Shown one piece after another: positions 13,635-24,723 of a stretch of 64,000 nt of DNA (its first letter is position 1; each line of letters begins with the position of its first letter). Made by a program: the position numbers and the translations under genes. The DNA lies in the NCBI RefSeq assembly GCF_023055435.1, contig NW_025963924.1, positions 8,184,001 through 8,248,000 on the forward strand. Direction: 5' to 3'. Under the pieces are notes generated by a model, which saw nothing but the letters and a program-made list of their open reading frames with translations, ran no database searches and was not told where the DNA came from. The DNA is from Haliotis rufescens (lineage: Eukaryota).

Positions 13635-13902
13635 TTTTGTATGTTTGTTTAACGCCGCACTCAGCAATAGTCCAGCTATATGACGGCGGTCTGTAAATAA
13701 TCGAGTCTGGACCAGACTGTCCTGTGATTGATATCATGAGCATCGATCCAAGCAATTGGGATCGATGACATCAACTAAGTCAGCGAGCCTGATCACCCGA
13801 TCCCGTTAGTCGCCTCTTACGACAAGCATAGTCCCCTTTTACGGCAAGCATGGGTTGCTGAAGACCTATTCTACCCCGGATCTACCCCGGATCTACCCCG
13901 GA
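13635..13902 (-). mobile_element. Short retroelement family B (no tRNA head)
   Basis: Matches the copies at 40580, 51521 and 60634. Its 5' end has tctaccccgga repeated three times. Confidence 0.85.
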
Positions 13903-14215
13903 ATTCCATCGGGGGCAATGGGCAAAATGGGCGGTAAAAAAACACGTGAATGGATCACGGAAAACTAGTGATAAGAACCTGTAAACAAACCAGACAATCA
14001 AATAATCGATGTACCAGAAAATCCAGTTGTACAAAGTTTAATTTAAACGTTCATGTCCATCTCAGGACCAAGTAATATTAGAACCTATAATGGAAGTTAT
14101 CAGTTGTTATATTCCTGTTCCCGCAACTGATACCCCTGTTACAATGACATACAGCCCATGAAACATCCGTCTGTCACCAGTTCATATTTTGATTTATAAT
14201 AAAGACATCCTACTT

Positions 14216-14946
14216 TATTATACATTTCAGTGTGGAAGACTTAGTTTTCTGAAGTTGGGAAAAGTGATATTTTCATTGCAGTGACCATAACACTTGATAT
14301 TTCACTGCAGTGTGAACATAACACTTTGACGGAACATTTGTCATTCAAGAGCTACCTCTCCGTAAAATAGCTCCCTTATCGCAAGTGTCTGGTCCGAACA
14401 CAAACTGTTGCCTTCCTGTTCATGTTAGTTCCACATTGACAAGGCGAATTAACGACAGATTGTCATTTATGGAGTTAATGCCGCTTCTTGCTGTATGTTA
14501 TTCTCTTGAAAATGTTTCGTTATAAACTGTATAAATTTCTCATGTAATTCGTCAATCGAGACTGTTCGTTTCTAAAAGCGCCATTTTTGTCACTTGACCG
14601 GTGTGTATTCCTTCGCTCGTCTCGTAGCTTTCAAGACTAAATTTTTGAAGTTGGTTTTGTATATGATCATATCCAAATGTATGACAAAGAATTTTAGTGG
14701 CTTCAAATATTTTTTAATACTGGTTATATTTTAAATGATATTTCAAACTCGGAACTCTAAGTCGCAATCAGGTCGGTGGGGAGAATTGACGTTTCAAGCT
14801 TAGGGTTTTACATTTGTCATGAAAAAAAAAAAAATTCCTGAAGACAATTTCACAAGCAGTATATAATAAATAGGATATTTCATGTGTCTCGTGAAAGATG
14901 ATGTTTCTCGTATCTCTTGACGGTGAAAGGAGATATTTTTACTCGT
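14216..14946. mobile_element. Unclassified ~730-bp insertion specific to unit 2, probably a non-autonomous DNA element
   Basis: Absent at the equivalent sites in unit 1 (~3555) and unit 3 (~28275). No ORF. Confidence 0.5.
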
Positions 14947-16874
14947 GACAAACAAGTTAGAGACAGGGTTACAGCTGTTTGAAGTACATGCATTATGGGC
15001 GATTGAATGAGTGTGCTTTTATGCTGCTTTTAGCCATATTCCAGCAATATCGGATGTAGGAGAAAACATAAGACTGTACCAGTGTGGGGCATATATTACG
15101 ACAGGACATACATTTAATAGTCAACAAAGTCTACATATACCATATTTACTGTTTACACTGGCTGACGTTCATTTTGATTAATTGCGTCGTTTACTGTTGA
15201 GCTGTCAATAACAATTTAACATTTATCAATTTTTCCGCGAGCCGTTAGCGTTAATAAAGTATCATTTAATGCAAACAGAAGTAAGCACATGATTTGGATA
15301 TCACTCTTGGCTTGGCGTTGGACCAAGAGAGCTAGCAAAGGCTACGTGACAGACCGAAAAGATTGAAGGAATCGCCTCATCGTGACATTAATTGGTGGAT
15401 TTATAGTCAAACTATAACGTAATCATTCATAACAATTCTTTGTTCACGCATAAGCAAGACGAATGTCGTTTGAGTCCCTCTTCAGTCGGATGGCATCTTA
15501 ACAAAGGAACCTAAAAGCATCTTTCCTGTGTTTGATCAGGTGAACACCTGCCTTGTATAGATGTCCGATGCAGTTCCCTAATTGACATGTACCATATGTT
15601 CCCATTTATGTTTAGGGAAACACTTAACTTGCCTTTTCATGAGTTTGTGACGGGTGCCGCTTGATACTAATAACAGGAAAATACAAAAATACAAACCAAG
15701 GAATTGAATAAAGTAAGATGTCATCATATGGTGACATGTACCTGTCAAAATTCAGATCCTCCAGTATGGCAATATTAGAGGAGGTAAAGTTTACAGAGCC
15801 ATATTTTTAATTATGATTTTCAATTTTGAGAGAATACAAGATCATGGTCATAACAAAATTGAAATTTAAAATATTGAGTTCAACAATTAACTTATAAATA
15901 CGAACTTTAATTACATTTTGTAAAGAAATTGCTATGTAATGGTTATGAGATGTTTATGAGGCAAGACGGATAACGAACAACGCATGCCCGACAAACAGGC
16001 CCTGAGTGAAAAAGGTTTCACTTATATATTATTTTTCATTTGACAAAAGAAAATTAAATGCAAAATTTTTCCAAAAAAAAATTATGGGAAAAAACCCAGT
16101 TGCGCTTCATGTGCGCTGCCCGGTTACACCTCATGGCGGGAATCAATACATCACTTAAAAGGATATGACGTAAACGGTGAGGTCATCCACGTTAGCTTTC
16201 TGATTAACGCGCATCTCCGCTCCAGACGTGTTTTGCCCTGTCTCATTTTAACAACTTAAAACCACCTCCTCCCAAGCCTCCTCATCTCTATCTCTCTAGT
16301 TATGTTCCTTTTTTTTCTTAGTCATGTGCGTGTATGCGTCGATTCCCCCACCTTTGTGGCTTATTCATACAATTTCGGATTGGCGAATTGTAACGCTTAG
16401 GCGTTTATATATACCTTGTAATAAATTTGTCCGCCTTTTGTGCGGGCCTAAACAACAATTTTCATTGTCTGTAATTTTTGCCACAAATGAACTGGACGTT
16501 CTCGGGTCAAAGGGTTTTTGAGTATAAAGATAATTTATAGCAAGGTAAGACAAATGATCAGTCAACTTAGTTATGATTTATCAAGAAACAAGAAAGTGTA
16601 ACTGTGGTGAAAAATGTAAAACCTCAATTCATTCCCATGTTTAACGTGAATGATAAATCATTTTATTACATCTTCAGTATAATAATAAAATTCAATTATC
16701 AACTGCCGGTTTCATTTTATAGGGAAAGGGAGGTTACTCAAGATCTGTCTGATTCACGTGCAGTTGTCACGTGTTAATCCTTTCCGCTCACGTTGCGCTA
16801 TAGACAGCAACAACAATTTTTGTTCGCTCTGCACAAGACGTATTCACTCAAGAGTAACCGCCTTCCAGCTCGCT

Positions 16875-17972
16875 ATGCCACGCAAAAAGGATGTTTCAAG
16901 ATCCTTAGGGTCGACAGGCAGGGCGTTTGTTAAGTCCAGAGGGGCTGGAAGAAAGAGGAAAGTTGTTCAGCGAGCGGACAGCGAGGTAGCGACGTCGGCC
17001 AAGCAGACAAGGATTGCGCCCGCCAGTTTCGTCTCAACTACAGGTGAGTTATCCCCCTTAGTTGATGATTCGTGTAGCAGGTCTGACGGCAGCATACATA
17101 TTACAAGTGGTAGGTCTAGTAATACTGATAGTAGTACAGCTACAGTTAGATTCCAACCAGTAGGCGATAGACCTATTGAGCTTGATAGCAGCGACAGCGG
17201 TTCGCTTGCTATGGCAACCGGCATTAGTCAGTCACAGGGGCTTGGCGTGCATGATTTCTCACAGTTTATTGCTCCTCAGCCTATCGTTCTATCCCAAGAT
17301 AACTTAGGTTCCAATATACCTCAAAATATCAAGGCGAAAATTTGGAAAAATGAGTATGTGGAATTAGGGATCTTAACTAAAGGGCTAAGACAGGAGACCT
17401 ATGACAACAAACCAGTAGGACTCATGGGCCTCAATGCACAAGGGGGTATTGAGGTTATAAGGCGCAATTATCCCAGAATCAACACAATCGAGGAATGGAC
17501 AGATGCATTCTTGATATTTGTCAGCATTTATCTGGAGAAATTTGGGGATAAAACACAGCACATGCTCAAATACATGAATATTGTACGCATGGCAGCTACG
17601 AGGATGAAGGGTTATGGTTGGCGTCCCTATGACCAGCAGTTTCGACTTCGCCATGCTCACAATCCTCACGAACCATGGTCTGTCATCAATAATGAACTCT
17701 GGCTTATGTTTGCAACCCCATCATCAAGTGTTAGTATCAATCCAATGAATCCATACTACAGGCAAGGTCAAGGCCAAGGCCAAGGTGTTAAGCCCAACAT
17801 GCGGGGAAAACGCCAGCTTCCATGCTATGACTTCAATCTGACGAAATGTAGCCGCAGTGTGTGCAGATATGCACATGTGTGTACCAATTGCAGTAAGCCT
17901 CACCCTTCCCGCCTTTGTAAGAATATGTCAAAGTTGGCACATGTAAACTCCCCAAATGGGAAAGCAACCTAG
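16875..17972 (+). CDS. Gag-like ORF1 of the YR retrotransposon (365 aa from ATG 16875)
   Basis: Uninterrupted ORF with KAKIWKNEYVEL, TIEEWTDAF, WRPYDQQFR and a C-terminal Cys/His finger CYDFN...C...CRYAHVC..C...H. Confidence 0.85.
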   Translation: MPRKKDVSRSLGSTGRAFVKSRGAGRKRKVVQRADSEVATSAKQTRIAPASFVSTTGELSPLVDDSCSRSDGSIHITSGRSSNTDSSTATVRFQPVGDRPIELDSSDSGSLAMATGISQSQGLGVHDFSQFIAPQPIVLSQDNLGSNIPQNIKAKIWKNEYVELGILTKGLRQETYDNKPVGLMGLNAQGGIEVIRRNYPRINTIEEWTDAFLIFVSIYLEKFGDKTQHMLKYMNIVRMAATRMKGYGWRPYDQQFRLRHAHNPHEPWSVINNELWLMFATPSSSVSINPMNPYYRQGQGQGQGVKPNMRGKRQLPCYDFNLTKCSRSVCRYAHVCTNCSKPHPSRLCKNMSKLAHVNSPNGKAT

Positions 17973-18016
17973 TTTAGCCTGATAAAGGTAAATCACCTGT
18001 CAATCTGGAATTTTTT

Positions 18017-19542
18017 TTGTGTTTTTGTTTTAGTTTGAATTATACAGGTCCAAGGGAATCATGTTATTCCCATAACTTGAAATCATGTACAGAACTACCA
18101 GAAGTAGTCAGGCAGAAATTACAGAAAGAAATTACATCAGGTAGGATGGCAGGACCATTTAGTTTCCCACCACTTCCAAAATTAAGGCTGTCGCCAATTG
18201 GGCTTGTCCCAAAGAAAGAACCAGGAGAATATCGGTTAATTCACCATTTGTCATACCCAGAGGGTACATCAGTCAATGATTATATTGATGATAAGTATGC
18301 CTCAGTTTCTTACACAAGTTTTGACGAAGCAGTGGACTTAGTCCACCAATTTGGCAAAGGGGCAATGTTAGCAAAAGCAGACATTAAAAGTGCATTTCGA
18401 TTATGTCCAATCAATAAGCAAGATTTTGATCTCCTAGGTATATATTTTCAGGATAACTATTATGTAGATATGTGCCTCCCAATGGGATACCGCACCAGCT
18501 GTGCAGTTTTTGAAAAAGTAGCAAGTTTTATACACTTTGCTACTCAATGCAGGTTGAAACAAGGGGCATTACTTCACTATTTGGATGACTTTCTTTTTGG
18601 TAGCTCACCTAACCCTAATCATTGCCAAGACGCACTTGACACCTTTTTGTTGCTATGTAAGAAGTTGGGAGTTCCTATTGCTAGTGAGAAGACAGTACTT
18701 CCATGTACTTGTTTGACATTCCTTGGAATTGAAATTGATACAGTAACAATGGAATTGAGAATACCGACAGACAAAATCAATCAATGTAAAAACTTACTTC
18801 ACGGGTTTGCAGATCGTAATAAAGTGAAATTGAGGGAAATGCAGTCACTTATAGGTTTGTTAAACTTTATCTCCCGAGCAATCCCCATGGGACGCCCATT
18901 TTCAAGACGATTTATAGATTCAACAAGAAATATAAAGAGAGCATATCATCATATCAGGCTGTCAAGAGGGATGAAGGAAGACATTAATACATGGCTTGAA
19001 TTTTTAAGCTGTCACAATGGTATTACAGTGTTCCCAGACCAATACTGGATGTCAAGCTACACTCTACAGTTATTTACATATAGTGCGGGTGGAGAGCATT
19101 GTGGATTCGGTTTGTACTTCAAAGGCAGGTGGGCAGCTGGATTATGGCCCAGGGAATGGAGACTCCAAGGTTACACTTCCGACATCACATTCATGGAGTT
19201 TTTCCCAATATTTGTGGCAGTTCATATTTGGGGGGAACATCTCACAAACAAGAAAGTGATATTTAATTCTGATAACAAGGCAGTAGTTCATATACTGAAT
19301 AGGTTAACATCGTCATCACCGAGAGTAATGGTTTTAGTCCGTTTGTTTACTCTCAAATGCTTGAAGCTTAACATAATCATGAAATCTCAATATATTCCAG
19401 GGTGCTACAACAGCATACCATATCTTTATCCCGATTTCAGTTGCAGCAGTTTCGGATTATAGCACCCCAGGCTTGTCCGCAGCCAACCCCAATACCAGAT
19501 TCTCTATGGCAGATATGGAAGACGAAGCTAACAGGCTATTAA
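18017..19542 (+). pseudogene. RT-RNase H (pol) of the YR retrotransposon
   Basis: Motifs PKKEPGEYRLIHHLSYP, AKADIKSAFR, LPMG and YLDDF. The RNase H first Asp appears as Y (LFTYSAG). After a frameshift at ~19420 the frame SLSRFQLQQFR...GY* ends at 19542. The N-terminus looks deleted near 18010. Confidence 0.9.
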
Positions 19543-20365
19543 GTATGTCAGTATCTCAAAACACCAATAAGGCATACAGGTATGCGTTGCATGGATTTCA
19601 ACAGTTTCGTTTCAGCAATAACCTAGATCAGACCTGGCCGGTTCCAGTTTCGCAGATTGCTCATTACATAGCCAACCTATCATTGGAGGGTAAGTCTCCA
19701 GCAACAGCTTATCAACATATCTCAGCTATCAGTAGATATCATAAATTAGCCTCATTATCAGACCCTACAGAGAATTTTGTCATCAAGAAGTTGTTACAAG
19801 GAATAAGAAGAGATGCTCAGAAGCCAGATACAAGAGCTCCTATCACCTTACCATTGTTAAACCAGTTAACGGAAGCCTTGCAATCTGTTTCAAAGTCGGT
19901 GTACGAGACTATTCTGTTTCAGAGTATGTTCTCCTTGGCATTCTTTGGATTATTGCGTGTAGGTGAACTAGTGAGTAACAGAGGCCCAGCGTATCAGGGA
20001 CTGCTGCTATCTGATGTCATATTAAATACATCAAGTATTGTTATGACAATTCGCATGTCCAAAACCGATTTGAGAGCAGCTGAACTGCACATTGGAGCCC
20101 ATGCTGATGTTTCAATTTGCCCAGTGGCATTGCTGAGATTGTATTTGGATATCAGACCCCATTCATCATCCTAAGAGAGTTTTTTCATACATATTGATGG
20201 TCTTCCAGTTACAAGATACCAGGTTTCTTCAATGTTATCAAAAGCGTTAGGGTTGTTGGTCTGGAGCACAATAAATACAAGTCTAACTCTTTTCGCATTG
20301 GTGCAGCTACCTCTGCAGCTATGCAGGGTATCCCGACTGACGTCATCAAGTGTTGGGGAAGGTAG
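19506..20365 (+). pseudogene. Tyrosine recombinase of the YR retrotransposon
   Basis: FFGLLRVGE, SKTD and CPV motifs; stop at 20172-74; frameshift at ~20255; then KSNSFRIGAAT (H changed to N) and WGR*. The catalytic Tyr segment is missing. Confidence 0.9.
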
Positions 20366-20550
20366 CGGGACCCTGGGGGACATGAATATGATTCAGGTAA
20401 TTGTTAGGTTAGCAATCATAAGTATAGTGCTTTCACACCTGTCTATGCGATACCCTAGCAGGCCTAAAGGACTATTGTTATGATCTGAATTGGAGAATGG
20501 ATTTGTTGATGTGATGTCCCTCACAGATAACATTCTCCAATAAGGTAGGT

Positions 20551-20660
20551 TGGTGGTAGCCAGCGGCTGGCTGGGTGTGGCTTTACCGGCGGCTGGCCGG
20601 AGGGGTCTGTTACTGGCGGCTGGCCAGAAGTGGTGGTTACCGGCGGCTGGCCGGGTTGTG
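20551..20660. repeat. GC-rich ~27-bp tandem repeat, 4 copies (core ttaccggcggctggccgg), followed by poly-G at ~20705-20724
   Basis: Directly visible in the 3' non-coding part of the YR element. Confidence 0.85.
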
Positions 20661-21419
20661 CATATTTACCAGATTGGAGTCGGCGGCTTGTCGACTCTAG
20701 CTCGGGGGGGGGGGGGGGGGGGGGTGTTACTCATCTGTGGTCACCCCAGTGAGACAAGCCCCTTCTGTTTAAGCTCTGAGCTGCTCACGTCTGATATATC
20801 GGCGCTCAGTTATTATTTTATTATTAGTCTTAAACCTCTCCCCCCAGGGTTTCGTCACAAATGTTGTAATAAACTGCGCCCATATTCTATTCCACACAAA
20901 TATAGCGTTTGTTGTTTTTACTGTTTAAAGTGAAGCTTCACAAAGGACCATATGTTGCTCAAGGTTCAATATTTGTTAAGTTTAGCATATTACCTTGTCA
21001 GGATGATAAAGTGGAGATCGTACTGAGTTGTTAACAAGTTTGAATGATGTAGCTAGACAAACATCCGTTAGATATCAATTTGTTCTTGGCAATGCATACC
21101 TCTCGGTGACTGTAATCAAATTTCACAAGGCAATGCTGTTCAAATGTTTAATTTTCCTACAAAATGATTTGATACGTTTTCCAGAACTTCCATCTGTCTG
21201 CTCGGGGAATGGATGGCACAGTCGTCTCTTTGCACTGCATTTTGCTGTGCAGAATTGCGTCCTTTGGGCACGTGGATTCGATACGCGTTAGCCTGATGAT
21301 GTTTCATGATTTGGAGGACCATATAATCATAATAATCAAATCAAGTTGATTTCAAAAGAATTTAATACATGAATAGTACTTTATGGCAAATTGACAGCAG
21401 AGGTAAACACCAACTGTAC

Positions 21420-22400
21420 ATATATTTGCGAGATGTAAGTACTTCAGTTTCAACTGTAATAATGTAAGCTTTACAACCTTTCGCTCGTTTGAAGAAGACT
21501 CATTGACAGTAATTTCCCCGAGAAACGTGGCTGTAATCAAGGCAGGGTGATTAAACGAGAACTCTTGCAGACAAAACAACCAGCATCAAGTCTATTCATT
21601 TGTAGGTGTCTCCAATAAGGGGAGAGTGTTTTAGCCCAACTGTTGATAATCCGATAACAACAGCGCTTCTGTCATTGTAGTGAAGAGCTATGTTCCAGTG
21701 TTGGAGGCTATTAGTTTCATAAAGGCCCATGCACCGGCTCGCTCTTGTAGTATGCTGATGTAATAAATACTTGTGCCAGACAAGGTTTGCTACGTTTATT
21801 TCTTGGTTAAGCGGCAACGTTATTTCATTCATTCCAAGTAATGGTTCACATGGGGAGGAAGTGAGTGTTCTGGCTAAGTCTTCGTATGAGTTTATGTGCT
21901 GTAACAAACGTTGAAATCTCCATCTGTAACAAACGTCTCCATATGTCTGGTATTAACTCTAGATTTTTATCTGAGGGGTGTCTGAGCATAAATTAAGAAT
22001 ATTTTATACATAGTCCTCAAAACCACAAAGTCGTCATTGGAAAATTACTTAATTCCTGTAAATGTCACGCCCCTAAAATAGATACAATCCAAAACAGAAT
22101 GCATTGGAAATCCTTAGGTGGTACTGGTATTATATAGATACACCTTTATTCATGTATATAAGGCTTCTATGCTCACAATACATCACGTTTATTGGCAATT
22201 GTGCATGTAATGTGATACGTGCACAGGAATATATATGGCTTATCATGGTAACTCCAAATTCCCTTTACTCTGTCCATACATTGGGTTATAGATATCCATT
22301 GATTTACCTCAATACAAGCCGATTGATAAGCCTTATCCATCACGTTTACGATATCTTGATCTCTGAGCTATGAATAACACGATAAGGGATTCAATAGCAC
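21420..22400 (-). pseudogene. Decayed coding block A of unknown protein, best-preserved copy
   Basis: One frame reads LRDQDIVNVMDKAYQSACIEVNQWISITQCMDRVKGIWSYHDKPYIFLCTYH...FMLRHPSDKNLELIPDIWR. After a short local duplication it continues LLQHINSYEDLARTLTSSPCEPLLGMNEI. Scattered stops. Confidence 0.5.
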
Positions 22401-22849
22401 CTAAATATTTCTTTGAGGTATGAATCTAATTTTTCTTATTGCATTGCTGGTTCGTGTGTTGGCTACAAGTAGTCACCTGAAGCCACCATTTGCCCTGCCT
22501 GAAGCCAGAAGAAGCTGCTCCAATGAATCATGATTCAAACGAGAGAATCTTTATTTATATGTTGTTGAGGCGATCTTAACCATTACAGCTCTATCGTAAT
22601 ATTGTAACTGGCCAATGTTAAATGTTGCTGTTGTTGTTTTTCTTGTTGTATGTTATTGTTTTACAACAAACGCAGCAATATTCCAATAATATCACGAATG
22701 TCTGAATATTATGGCGTGTGAGCGACGAAACCAATGATTTAATTTATGTGCAATGTCGCACGCCGCAGAGTCTGATCACCGAGCCTCGTATGACAAACAT
22801 ATACCGCTGGTGACCCATTCTCACCTGGAAACCCCACACGGATTCCAAT

Positions 22850-23850
22850 CTTGGTACCAACACGTGTAATGTCACACTGTAGGTTATGTGTAGTTAGCTG
22901 ATTATTATGCACTGGTGGAATTTGTATGCGAATAGCCTGTCCTATCAGCTACGTAAGTTAACCAATCGAACACACTTGCATGTTACTGTCATTCAATGTT
23001 CACACAAACTGCTTACATGTAATTAGTGACTCATTACCTCTTTCAATGTCTAATAGTTCCTGAACTTTGGCACATGGCAAATGGCGATTTACCTGTAACG
23101 GAAGATTCATCATCAGGCTTCACATGTTCATTTTATACTCACATCTTTCGTCTTGCAAATGCACCTCTTCAAAGGTGCCTAATATTTGGCACATGTCAAA
23201 TGACGATAAAAGTACTTGACGACCTGCTATATTTTGATTGTCTTAGAAGGAAACATCCTATGGTGATCCATTTTGGACATTTTCTTTTTTCTACACAAGT
23301 GGTTGTGTCACCGCTTTCTCTGCTGATAACGTAAGAGTGTTGACAACTGAAGGTATGTCCTATGTATCATTTCTTCCTCGTGTGGTTGATCGGTGTATCG
23401 TTGGTACATGAATCGTTGCCAATATTGGTACCAACACGTGTATTGTCATACTGTAGGTCATGTACATGTACGGTCAGTGAATTTTCATGTACTGATGGAA
23501 TTTGAATAAGTATGCGAATAGCAAAGAGGGTCCTTTCAGCTACGTAAATTAACCAATAGAACACACTTAGATATAACTGTGATTCGATGTTCACACAAAC
23601 TGCTTACATGTAATTAGTGACTCATTACCTCTTTCGGTTTCTAATATTTCCTGAGCTTTGGCACATGGCAAATGACAATAGAAATACTGGACGACCTGAT
23701 GTTGTACCATATTGGAAATATTTCCCAACACAGGTGGTTGTGTCAGGACTTTATCCTCTGATAACGTAAGAGTGTTGACAATTAAAGGTATGTCCATAGT
23801 TCAAAGTAGCATTATCTTCTTCGTGTGGTTGATCGGTGTCGCGTTGGTAT
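22850..23850. repeat. Local direct duplication (~575-bp spacing)
   Basis: ttggtaccaacacgtgta recurs at ~22851 and ~23426. atgttcacacaaactgcttacatgtaattagtgactcattacctcttt is present in both halves. Confidence 0.85.
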
Positions 23851-24408
23851 ATGAAGTGTTTTCACACCTCATAACTCAATGGCATCTACTTTAATGGATC
23901 TGATAGTAACACTTGCTGATTTGGTTGAGTCGTGACAGCGTGACGTATGTACCAGAAAGCCCCACAAACCATTTGTCCCCATGCTGGGCAGGACCTGAGC
24001 CCTAGCTTGCCAACACGGTCACCCATCCAACTACTGTCCTTGACCAACGTTGCTTTTGTGACCTGTGTGCAGTACGCATGACGACATACAACCACTGCTT
24101 CTGCGGTTAAGTAGACGACGGACGTTTAAGATAAACCGTAATATGCATGACTAGAAGATAGTTCCTCGAATAGTTACAGTGTGCTGTCATAAATCTGGAC
24201 TAATGCTGAGGAAGGCGTTAAACAACAAACAAACGCCATTGTACAGTATGTTCATTACACTCTGTGTATCAGCAAAATGTGCATTCGAGAAATCTATATC
24301 AAGCAACTACTTATCGATCATGCAACTAAATGAACCACAGTAGTGTACACAATGTTCATTTCACAAGGACCATATATATAAATGATAAAGCTGTCTTCAT
24401 CTTCACTG

Positions 24409-24723
24409 GACCGCCTCCGAGGGTTCGATATCCGGCCGCGTCATAACAAAAGACGTTCAATGATGGTACTTGTTGTTCCCCTGTCTGGCGCTCGGCATTA
24501 AGGGGCTAAAACAAGGACTGGTCGGCTCGGAGTCAGTATACTGTGTGTGAGTGGGGTATTCATGTTAAACTGCGGCATGGTATCTCAGTGTGCTAGCAAT
24601 ATAAATCGGCATCAGTCAGGACTAGCACAAGCAGCCACACACACGTGCATGCACGTCGCTATATAAGTGCAATAATCTTGGACGCGACGTTAAACCCCAT
24701 TTCACCTCACCTCACCTCACATC
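24409..24723 (+). mobile_element. SINE family D (core resembles the Meta/MESC-type central domain, from memory)
   Basis: B box ggttcgatatcc and (CACCT)n tail. 11-bp TSD catcttcactg at 24398-24408 and 24724-24734. Confidence 0.85.

Larger units (their letters stand above)
16720..20885 (+). mobile_element. Tyrosine-recombinase retrotransposon (DIRS order, Ngaro-like), degraded
   Basis: Order gag / RT-RNaseH / YR, with YR overlapping the reconstructed RT C-terminus. Host-unit homology stops at ~16632 and resumes at ~21005. Termini approximate. Confidence 0.92.

Noticed and set aside
20550-20933. 127-aa ORF as a fourth ORF (e.g. hydrolase) of the YR element
   Set aside because: Made of GC-rich tandem repeats and poly-G, with no SGNH or methyltransferase motifs.
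21485-21535. Possible Penelope-type hammerhead (tgaagaag...gaaacgt; also ~5250 and ~36148)
   Set aside because: Stems cannot be formed convincingly and the core is not conserved among paralogues.
22104-22373. Plus-strand ORFs conserved between units (also 9376..9612, 26406..26636, 31105..31329)
   Set aside because: Short, mostly non-ATG starts, and best explained as antisense shadows of the minus-strand frame. Not formally excluded.
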